In this document: piece by piece, positions 53,180-64,000 of the stretch
How positions within the stretch are numbered: the first letter of the stretch is position 1
Layout of the letters: each line of letters opens with the position of its first letter
Assembly (NCBI RefSeq): GCF_902652985.1
Contig: NC_047027.1
Span: 36,208,001 to 36,272,000, forward strand
Direction of reading: 5' to 3'
From: Pecten maximus
Taxonomy: Eukaryota
Length of the DNA stretch: 64,000 bases
Made by a program: the position numbers and the translations under genes
Notes under the pieces: generated by a model
The model's database searches: none
What the model saw: only the letters and a program-made list of their open reading frames with translations
What the model was told of the DNA's origin: nothing

Positions 53180-55150
53180 GTTATATTGTAAGGTTCAACT
53201 GTGGAGTTTATTATAGGTTTATATTGAAGGGATACATTGTAGGGTTCTACGAAGGGTGATATGGTAGGTTTACATTATTGGGTTATATTGTAGGGTTATA
53301 TTGTAAGCTATTGGATGCTGACATTGTAGGGTTATATTGTAGGGTTTTATTGTAGGGTTATATTGTAGGGTTATAATGGAGGGATATATTGTAGGGTTAT
53401 AATGTAGGGTTATATTGTAGGGTTATATTGTAGGGTTATATTGTAGGTTATATTGTAAGGTATTGGATGTCTACATTGTAGGGTTATATTGTAGGGTTAC
53501 ATTGTAGGGTTTTATTGTAGGGTTATATTGTAGGGTTATATTGTAGGGTTATATTGTAGGGTTATATTGTAAGGTATAGGGTGATATGGTAGGTTTACAT
53601 TATTGGGTTATATTGTAGGGTTATATTGTAGGGTTATATTGTAGGGTTATATTGTAGGGTATTGGATGTTTACATTGTAGGGTTATATTGTAGGGTTATA
53701 TTGTAGGGTTTTATTGTAGGGTTATAGTGTAGGGTTATATTGTAGGGTTACATTGTAGGGTTATATTGTAGGGTTATATTGTAGGGTTATATTGTAAGGT
53801 ATTGGATGTTTACATTGTAGGGTTATATTTTGGGGTTATATTGTAGGGTTATATTGTAGGGTTATATTGTAGGGTTAAATTGTAGGGTTATATTGTAGGG
53901 GTATATTGTAAGGTATTGGATGTTTACATTGTAGGGTTACATTGTAGGGTTATATTGTAGGGTTATATTGTAGGGTTATAATGTAGGGTTATATTGTAGG
54001 GTTACATTGTAGGGTTACATTGTAGGGTTATATTGTAAGGTTATGTTGTAGGGTTATATTGTAGGGTTATATTGTAGGGTTACATTGTAGGGTTATATTG
54101 TATTGGATGTTTACATTGTACAACGTAGGGTTATATTGTAGGGTTACATTGTAGGGTTATATTGTAGGGTTATATTGTAGGATTACATTGTAAGGTATTG
54201 GATGTTTACATTGTAGGGTTATATTGTAGGGTTTTATTGTAGGGTTTTATTGTAGGGTTATATTGTAGGGTTATATTGTAGGGTTACATTGTAAGGTTAT
54301 ATTGTAGGGTTTTATTGTAGGTTATATTGTAGGGTTATATTGTAGGATTATATTGTAAGGTATTGGATGTTTACATTGTACAACGTAGGGTTATATTGTA
54401 GGGTTATATTGTAGGGTTATATTGTAGGGTTATAGTGTTATATTGTAGGGTTATATTGTAGGGATACATTGTAGGGTACTGCGAAGGGTGATATGGTAGG
54501 TTTACATTATTGGGTTATATTGTAGGGTTATATTGTAGGGTTATGTTGTAGGGTTACATTGTAGGGTTATATTGTAGGGTTATATTGTAGGGTTATATTG
54601 TAGGTTTACATTATTGGGTTATGTTGTAGGGTTATATTGTAGGGTTATATTGTAGGGTTATATTGTAGGGTTACATTGTAGGGTTATATTGTAGGGTTAT
54701 ATTGTAGGGTTATATTGTAAGGTATTGGATGTTTACATTGTAGGGTTACATTGTAGGGTTATATTGTAGGGTTATATTGTAGGGTTACATTGTAGGGTTA
54801 TATTGTAGGGTTATATTGTAGGGTTATATTGTAGGGTTATATTGTAAGGTATTGGATGTTTACATTGTAGGGTTACATTGTAGGGTTATATTGTAGGGTT
54901 ACATTGTAGGGTTATATTGTAGGGTTATATTGTAGGGTATTGGATGTTTACATTGTAGGGTTACATTGTAGGGTTATATTGTAGGGTTATATTGTAAGGT
55001 ATTGGATGTTTACATTGTAGGGTTACATTGTAGAGTTATATTGTAGGGTTACATTGTAGGGTTACATTGTAGGGTTATATTGTAGGGTTACATTGTAGGG
55101 TTACATTGTAGGGTTATAATGTAGGGTTATATTATAGGGCTATTAATAGG
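53180..55150. repeat. 13-bp G-rich satellite (GGGTTATATTGTA)n
   Basis: More than 100 units, with periodic AAGGTATTGGATGTTTACATTGT variants. Confidence 0.97.
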
Positions 55151-55395
55151 GTTATATTATAAGGTTAAATTTACATTTGTATATATTATTTTGTAGGGTT
55201 ATTTTGTAGAATTTTGTTGTACGTTTGTTTTGTAGAATATTATATTGGGATATTGTACTGTTCAAAATGATATAATAAAAAAAACAACATTAGATAAAGC
55301 CGGTATTCCTCAGGTTTCCGATGTTATCCTGAAATCGTTTCCGCCACTATCTCTATTTACGGTTCATTTTGAGACGTTGTCAACTGACGATTGTT

Positions 55396-55717
55396 TAGAG
55401 GAACAAGGACGTATCTCCAACATGGCGTGCTTAGAAGTAAAGGGCTGTATCTCAAATTTATCAATTTTTAGATCTTAATTAATTACAATCCCGGCATTCT
55501 TATAGAATGCGTACTTTGTATCAATGGAAATTGTCTAATTCTTTTAAATCACGAAGTATTTTAACAGAATTAGACCATTTAATTGATATAATGTACAGAT
55601 TCTATACGAAAATCTCACTCGTAGTTGTAATTTATTAAAATAAAAAAAGTGATAAATTGAAATGCGGCCCTTTACTTCTAAGCACTCCAATGTTGGCAAT
55701 ACGTCCTTGTTTCTCTA
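55396..55717. mobile_element. Foldback MITE; related partial copy at ~42465-42720
   Basis: TAGAGGAACAAGGACGTAT...TAGAAGTAAAGGGC is the inverse of GCCCTTTACTTCTAAG...ATACGTCCTTGTTTCTCTA. Confidence 0.75.
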
Positions 55718-55899
55718 TTGTCCTCTTTGTGTAAATTTTAATAAAATCTTTGTTACAGTACAAAAAAATGTAAGATAAAACGAAAAAAGGCATATATATA
55801 TATAGAAAAGGTGAATAGTGTCATACAAAAATTGTTATACAAAAATATTAGGATAAAAGGTCTACGTCCGGCCATGGCCAACACCGGTTACGTATATCA

Positions 55900-58840
55900 A
55901 TGTTTGTCTGGACACATACTAATAATGTCTACATACTGGTCAGTCTCGCGCCAAGATGACCGACTAAATTAGAGTTGTAGTATATATTCTGTCTGGTATA
56001 ATCAAACACAAGGTGTAGGGTCATTGACCGAGGGTTCATAAAACTGGACATTATCATTCTTAGTTTGTACACAAAAAACCCATGGCATGAATACGCCATT
56101 CATCCTACCTGTCTTTTTTACGTCCAGCTTTAGGGAAATGACCAGGATTTTAAGCTGAAGATTCATGAATGCGTTAACCTATGACTGTTATGGTTTGGAT
56201 ACATTCACAGCAAAAGGACTGAGAGGTCTTGGAACACGGTCGGCATTGTAATCTTTCCATTAACTGATAGTTTCATCCAAGCTTCCCCAACGGAATGTAT
56301 TCAAATGTTGCTTACAATACCACAATTTCAGTGTTGGGTATCGAACGATGACGGAAAAGTTTTGAAGCTGATTCAATGGGTTAAATTTTGTAGGAATAGT
56401 CGCATCGGTTCACAATACACACCCAATATTTTTATGTTCAATTGAATTTATCAATTTCCAAGAAGTTGAAACTTTCGGAGTTGATTTGCTCGTTTAGGTC
56501 AATTCCATTTTCCAGACCTCGCTTTTCACATTTGCCACACTTCAGACCCTCAAAATCACTGAGGACTGCTAGAAGGACGAAACAGCTGTATGGTGAAGTT
56601 TTATTCAAGCAGCTATATGATTCAGTTTATATTCATTACTGACGAAACCTAGAAGGACGAAACAGCTATATGATTAAGTTTATATTCATTACTGACGAGT
56701 CCTCGCAGGACGATACAGCTATATGATTCAGTTTATATTCATTACTGACGAAACCTAGAAGGACGAAACAGCTATATGATTCAGTTTATATTCATCACTG
56801 ACGAGTCCTAGAAGGACGAAACAGCTATATGATTAAGTTTACATTCATTACTGACGAAAGCTAGAAGGACGAAACAGCTATATGATTCAGTTTATATTCA
56901 TTACTGACGAAACCTAGAAGGACGAAACAGCTATATGATTCAGTTTATATTCATCACTGACGAGTCCTAGAAGGACGATACAGCTATATGATTCAGTTTA
57001 CATTCATTACTGACGAAAGCTAGAAGCACGAAACAGCTATATGATTAAGTTTATATTAATTACTGACGAGTCCTAGAAGGACGAAACAGCTATATGATTC
57101 AGTTTATATTCATTACTGACGAGTCCTCGAAGGACGAAACAGCTATATGATTCAGTTTATATTCATTACTGACGAAACCTAGAAGGACGAAACAGCTATA
57201 TGATTCAGTTTATACTCATCACTGACGAGTCCTCGAAGGACGAAACAGCTATATGATTCAGTTTATATTCTTTACTGACGAAACCTAAAAGGACGAAACA
57301 GCTATATAATTAAGTTTATATTCATCACTGACGAGTCCTCGAAGGACGATACAGCTATATTATTCAGTTTATATTCTTTACTGACGAAACCTAGAAGGAC
57401 GAAACAGCTATATGATTAAGTTTATATTCATCACTGACGAGTCCTAGAAGGACGAAACAGCTATATGATTAAGTTTATATTAATTACTGACGAAACCTAG
57501 AAGGACGAAACAGCTATATGATTAAGTTTATATTCATCACTGACGAGTCCTAGAAGGACGATACAGCTATATGATTCAGTTTATATTCAACATTAGGCAA
57601 ATTTATCTCTTTTGGGACAGTGAAACCAGTCTATGAAAACCGCTCAAGGGGACACAAAAATGGTCTTCACAGACAGTTGGCATTTACATGGTATTTAAAA
57701 CTTGTTAATACTTGTGTGTCCTTTGGTCCCTGACGTGTTTGTTTGATCTGCTTACCTGTGTCGTCACCGACATGGGTACTGTTTTGATAAAGTGCATACA
57801 TTTGACGTGCTTGTGTGATCAGTGAAGGACGTAGAAGTCACTTACTCTATTGACAGAACTTCCATCATGCATCTCCTTTTGAGTTTGAACTTTGACCTCG
57901 TTTCATCATTTTATGAATGAATTATGGTTTTGTTTACATTGTGGTACTACACAAGTATTTGTTCAGCTTGTGTACAAATGTTTGTTTTCGTATAGGAAGA
58001 GACGTCTCCGAAAATAGAATATATAACAAATGTTGTGACATATTACTAAAGTATGCCATCTACCATAAAATACATACAGATCACATCTATAATAACAACC
58101 GTCGTTAGCGCACAGCTCTAACATCATTTGATTGAAAATTGCTTAAAGCAATCTACAGCATTATACCTTGAAATGCATCATGAGCGCTGATTTCTTTGAA
58201 TGCCGAGATATAACAGATAGTTATAGATTACATTATTCCCGTTTAATTTTCTTTTATTCCAATCGGCCGAGTGATTATGACCTAAGATACCAATTGAATA
58301 ACAGATAAATATATACCAAATCCTGAAGATAAAATTCACTTCTGGTCCGTCCTAGGACTCGCCATTTATGCCAAAATCTAGAAGAGAAGTCAAGGAAATA
58401 CCCGCGAAAATGCAAAGTGGGGTTGTATGTTTTGGAAATTAGATATTGCTTCCGATCTCGTGCCACTGTTCGAAGGAAGTACATAAGAGAAAACAAAGAC
58501 CTGCACGTGCCTCTCCGTAATTTACAACATTTACCGCCTTCTTTTATCCGCGGTATATAGCTTCTAATCCTTTTGTCAGCTGTGCTGAAGGTGACCACTG
58601 GTCAGATTATTTATGGTCATTCCTCAGCAGCAGGTGTCCCATACGTCATCGCCGGGCAGATGTACGCAGTGACAATGACCTGTCATCGACTATTATCGCT
58701 TGTCATCTGTATAAAGTCTAGCTGTCTGATGATACCAACGTGTGACCGAAATTCTAACATAAAACGTGTAAAACAAGTATAAGGATACCAAGACCAGGCG
58801 CTTCGGAAGGGATAGCGAATGATGCTTCATCGACTTCACC
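55900..58840 (-). pseudogene. Possible decayed LRR-protein gene remnant
   Basis: Stop- and frameshift-interrupted fragments on the minus strand: CHCVHLPGDDVWDTCC, IFAGISLTSLLDFGIN, KEISAHDAFQGIML, PTVFQDLSVLLL, NAFMNLQLKILVIS. Boundaries are approximate. Confidence 0.3.
56559..57590 (+). ncRNA. Tandem array of minimal hammerhead-ribozyme motifs (53-bp unit x18 plus one lead copy)
   Basis: Unit TTCAT(C/T)A-CTGACGA-GTCCT-AGA-AGGAC-GAAA-CAGCT(A/G)TA-TGAT matches stem I, the CUGANGA core, a 5-bp stem II, GAAA, a short palindromic stem III and NUH. CTGACGA recurs every 53 nt from 56639 to 57540. Confidence 0.8.
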
Positions 58841-58992
58841 TGATAAGTAAATCCAGGTAAGATTCAGGTTAAACATGTCCGGAAAATATCCAGGATGGTG
58901 ACAATATTTCCAAATGAAGAACTCGATGCTATTTATACAGAAGAGGTAAGCAGTACAGTAAAAGGGAACACGTGCAATTGGCACCGAAATAA

Positions 58993-59032
58993 GTCGTCGT
59001 CGTCATTATCATCATCGTCGTCGTCATTATCA

Positions 59033-59062
<30 letters not shown>
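58993..59062. repeat. (TCG/TCA)n microsatellite
   Basis: Direct read. Confidence 0.9.
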
Positions 59063-59067
<5 letters not shown>

Positions 59068-60489
59068 CGTATGTTGAGAGGTGAAATCTATTTTTGCAGA
59101 CGAGTCTCATTTTATAGGTATTTCGATTATAAAAAAAAAACATAAACAGGTCAAACAACGAGTGCCATTGTTCAACAACCACGCGTCATGTGACCTGTTT
59201 CTTCCACAATAATGAGTCGACAACGGCAAGGCTGTGACCTAGTTAGAACATTAGTCGTAGTGATAGTATCATATGTAAAAAGTCTTTAATTAATATTTGA
59301 AAAAAATATCTTTTAATAATTCATATTTTTCAGCAGCAGTGTGTACATCACTTCACAACCTTGACACGACGTCATGATGTCGGAAACGATTTGTGATGAC
59401 ACAACGTAAGATCATGTGACACGCGAGTAAAAAAAAGTGCGGGTCACAGGTCAAAATCAAAACCAATAACAAAAAAAACCCAGATGTTTTTGTTTTTAAT
59501 CGATCCAGCAGTCATGTTTACACAATGAACATTGCGATGCTATCAATAACTTCAAACAAATAATAATTTCAAATCAAATAGAAAAAAAATGTGAATTTGT
59601 ATCCTTAGCTGATTCTGAAAAGTAGTTAATGTTTGGTGGGAGATAATATTTGAGGATGGAAATAACATGTGTCATTCTTACGCTCCATTTGGCAAAGATA
59701 CGTGTTTAAACGAAAACTACTCTGTAATTAAACTGACTAATGAAGGCCACTCAATTATCTCCACTATGATATATAACGATTTTACTAGAATGTTAGACGT
59801 CACACTATCGTCATTATAACGCATGCGTTGGTTACCACCGGAAGTGCTAGAGTTATATTTGTCGTATGACCGTGAACGCGTTAGAACACATTAATGGACT
59901 ACACGCTGTGTTATTCCGACGTAATGAGCATTTTGCACTCCTATTCTCATCAAAACAATCCTTTTTAGAGACCCCCAACCGAGACTCTTGTTTCTTAAAT
60001 ACTTACAATGACTCGTTGCCTAAAAATAAACATCGTAAACAGTGATATAAGTAAAACAATGGGACAAAGCCGTAAGTAAAACAGACGTTTTGATGTTAAA
60101 AATAGTTTGTAAAACTGATCCATGTGTGCTTGAGGTAGCTATACAACAGGCAACGGCTGATTAAATTATATTTTTGGTATATTTACGTCATCAGTTATAG
60201 ATAGGTAAACAAACAATGACGGTAATGCTGTTTACAGACTTACAACGAGGTTGTCGATTTCTTTTGCACTTATAACACTGTTGTGTTTCGTATGATTTTG
60301 TTTGGATGTTTATTAAAGTTGAACGTATGTATACCGAATATTGTGATTTAAATTAGTTATTGATTTATTAGTTAATTCAGTGAGCACATGACGCACAATG
60401 AACATCAATTAAAAGAATTTTAAGAATCCAAATTGATCTAGTGCCCACCATTCAAATATCAATAATTTGAGATAGCATGCGTGAACATA

Positions 60490-61908
60490 CACCCAACAAC
60501 GCCGACAAAGGACGCCAAACAACGCCAAACAACGCCAAACGACGCCGACAAAAGATACCCAACGACGCCGACAAAAGACGCTCAACAATGCCGACAAAAT
60601 ACACACAACAACGCCGAGAAAATATACCCAACAACGCCGACAAAATATACCCAACAACGCCGACAAAAGATACCCAACAACGCCGACAAAAGACACTCAA
60701 CAACGCCGACAAAAGAAACCCAACAACGCCGAAAAAAGACACACAACAGCGCCGACAAAAGAAACCCAACAACGCCGACAAAAGAAACCCAACAACGCCG
60801 ACAAAACACACTCAACAACGCCGACAAAAGAAACCTTACAACGCCGACAAAAGAAACCCAACAATGCCGGCAAAAGAAACCCAACAACGCCGACAAAATA
60901 TACCCAACAACGCCGACAAAAGAAACCCAACAACGCCGACAAAATATACCCAACAACGCCGACAAAAGAAACCCAACAACGCCGACAAAACACACTCAAC
61001 AACGCCGACAAAAGAAACCCAACAACGCCGACAAAACACACTCAACAACGGCGACAAAAGAAACCCAACAACGCCGACAAAAGAAACCCAACAATGCCGG
61101 CAAACGAAACCCAACAACGCCGACAAAATATACCCAACAACGCCGACAAAAGAAACCCAACAACGCCGACAAAATATTCTCAACAACGCCGACAAAAGAC
61201 ACTCGACAACGCCGATAAAAGATACTCAACAACGCCGACAAAAGAAACCCAACAACGCCAACAAAATACACTCAACAACGCCGACAAAAGATACCTAACA
61301 ACGCCGACAAATGAAACCCAACAACGCCGACAAAATATACCCAACAACGCCGACAAAAGATACCCAACAACGCCGACAAAATACACCCAACAACGCCGAC
61401 AAAATATACCCAACAACGCCGACAAAATACACCCAACAACGCCGACAAAATATACCCAACAACGCCGACAAAAGAAACCCAACAACGCCGACAAAATATA
61501 CCCAACAATGCCGACAAAAGATACCCAACAACGCCGACAAAATATACCCAACAACGCCGACAAAATACACCCAACAACGCCGACAAAATGTACCCAACAA
61601 TGCCGACAAAAGAAACCCAACAACGCCGACAAAAGATACCAAACAACGCCGACAAAAGAAACCCAACAACGCCGACAAATGACACTCAACAACGCCGCCA
61701 AATATACCCAACAACGCCGACAAAATATACCCAACAACGCCGATAAAAGACACTCAACAACGCCGACAATAGAACCCCAACAATGCCGACAAAAACCACC
61801 AAACAACGCCGACAAAATACACTCAACAACGCCGACAAAATACACTCAACAACGCCGACAAAAACACCCAACAATGCCGACAAAAACCACCAAACAACGC
61901 CGACAAAA
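60490..61908. repeat. 23-bp satellite, about 60 copies
   Basis: Unit AACAACGCCGACAAAAGAAACCC with a variable 7-nt segment (GAAACCC/TATACCC/CACACTC/GATACCC). Confidence 0.97.
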
Positions 61909-63407
61909 TTCAAACCCTTCGATATGAAACTCACAACATATCAATCAGTCCTCGTAATAACTAAAAAAAGCAAAAAGCCAAGATCATGGATGCATTATTG
62001 GGTGTTTAATGCACCCACAAGCGAATAACTGCAAACCTGTTGGTCAGTACTCTGTTATTTCTCTAATGCGCATGTCTCTGATTATCGATTTCCGGCCATA
62101 ATCAAACAACAGCGCCCCCATTTGTGGAAAAACTGAACAATGCCCAACAATCCTGTATGATTTTCTTATCTCTCTGATTTGATCAAGCAAAATTTGGTTC
62201 TATTAATTTTCCCCATCGTCACCTCAACGAATGATGACATCACAGACAGGTAACCAATCACTGCATATGAATAATGCTAGTTAGCCAATCAACGTAGACA
62301 GACTATTTATATCCATGCGCGATCCCCACACTATTGCTGGTACACCTACTAATTATAATGCTAAAAAAGGCGATGTTTGAAAAATGCTAAACACAGAAAA
62401 TGAATCTAATTTAATATTAATTTTAACTTGTTTTTACCATACAGAGGTTATGAATTTCTATTCTTTTATTTATTTGATTAATAAGGAAAAAAACACGAGG
62501 CCTGTTCTAACTAACATATTAATTATATAAAAATCTAAACGCTTGTGAATATGACTTAAAACATTTACTGAGAAGATCAACAGATTGTTTTATAATGAAA
62601 TACAGCCGTACCGTGGATGTTCTTAATTAAACGGTGTTATGAGTAGTGTTGTTAGCATTGTGAATGAGTTGTAAATCAATATTCGAACGAATTTTCCATC
62701 TAACTGGTTCTGTACCAATCTCGGGATGGCGTCATTGAATCTCCCGTGTCAGTCAGTAACATCTCGCCACGCTTTCTCACGAGCTGTGGCAATGATACAT
62801 AATATTGCCGATATCGATGATGATAAAATACGGGTTTGTAGGCCGGCCGGCCGGTTAGCTTGACATAAAAACAATTTAACGTGTTTTCCCTCAGAATGAA
62901 TGTATTAACGTGTTTTTGATATATTTCAAATGATGGATTATAAACAAGCATGATGAAGATTAATAATTTATTGTTCAAAGTGTAAAGACCTAGCCCAAGT
63001 TTTTAATGTATTGTTTCAAGTTTACATTTCCTGGATTAGGCAGAACCATGCATATGGCCACCCCCGCATCTCCATGCGATACGAGCTGTGAATTAATAGA
63101 CCATTGTTAAAACAGGAAGATCATCAACCGAACTAATTTGTCTTCATACTAGGAGTTTTATATGTTCATCATAAAAATAATATTAATTAGCTTTAATCTA
63201 ATAAAAAATAGCTGTAAGCCTTTTTAATCAACAATGTTACGAGCTCTACTGTCGTTTGCTTTTTGAATTTCTTTTGTTGCTTCTATCTCGAATTTCCAAG
63301 GTTGATGCAGATTTAACGATGAGTAGTGATGCGTTCGGAAGTACTTACTGTATATGTTACAATGAAATCCAATGCTGCCATCAATACAACCAATCATCAA
63401 GTTCTAA

Positions 63408-64000
63408 ATATTATAATAGTATTACCTATATCACATTTGTCTACACCGTGTAATATATATTATAATAGTATTACCTATATCACATTTGTCTGACCGTGTA
63501 ATATATATTATAATACTATTACCTATATCACATTTGTCTGACCGTGTAATATATATTATAATACTATTACCTATATCACATTTGTCTGACCGTGTAATAT
63601 ATTATAATACTATTACCTCTATTACATTTGTCTACACCGTGTAATATATATTATGATACTATTACCTATATCACATTTGTCTGACCGTGTAATATATATT
63701 ATGATACTATTACCTATATCACATTTGTCTGACCGTGTAATATATATTATAATAGTATTGCCTATATCACATTTGTCTACACCGTGTAATATATATTATA
63801 ATAGTATTACCTATATCACATTTGTCTGACCGTGTAATATATATTATATTAGTATTGACTATATTACATTTGTCTGACCGTGTAATATATATTATATTAG
63901 AATTACCTATATAACATTTGTCTACACCGTGTAATATATATTATAATAGTATTGCCTATATTACATTTGTCTGACCGTGTAATATATATTATAATACTAT
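63408..64000. repeat. ~48-50 bp satellite running off the window end
   Basis: Unit TATAATA(G/C)TATTACCTATATCACATTTGTCT(G/AC)ACCGTGTAATATATAT. Confidence 0.95.

Noticed and set aside
53180-55150. Interstitial telomere
   Set aside because: The unit is 13 bp, not tandem TTAGGG.
56639-57590. CRISPR array (also considered for 2031-4450 and 60490-61908)
   Set aside because: No unique spacers, no cas genes, and a eukaryotic context.
60409-62028. Long repetitive ORFs on both strands
   Set aside because: Translations of a stop-poor 23-bp satellite.

Overview
AT-rich, intron-containing eukaryotic DNA. An invertebrate, probably a bivalve mollusc, is inferred from the repeat and gene-family style. (1) 42-12378, minus strand: a complete 13-exon ZPR1 gene (429 aa, reconstructed by hand). 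It has two minor-spliceosome (U12) introns, one AT-AC and one GT-AG, and intronic satellites. (2) 12881-15487: a 965-bp TIR element with a 9-bp TSD, and a 430-bp non-autonomous LTR element whose identical LTRs contain a tRNA-derived Pol III cassette (Helenus-type TRIM retroelement). (3) About 15770-38116: a recent ~7.5-8.8 kb tandem triplication. Each unit carries an intronless, RING-less B-box/coiled-coil/NHL-like beta-propeller gene (495 aa). The coding regions have diverged far more than their nearly identical flanks, with hypervariable propeller positions and mosaicism. (4) 39398-40591, minus strand: a small secreted EF-hand prepro-protein gene. (5) 41-64 kb: MITEs, SINEs and satellites, including a 53-bp tandem array built from hammerhead-ribozyme cores (56559-57590), apparently inside a decayed LRR-gene remnant. 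All calls come from manual reading; no database searches were run.
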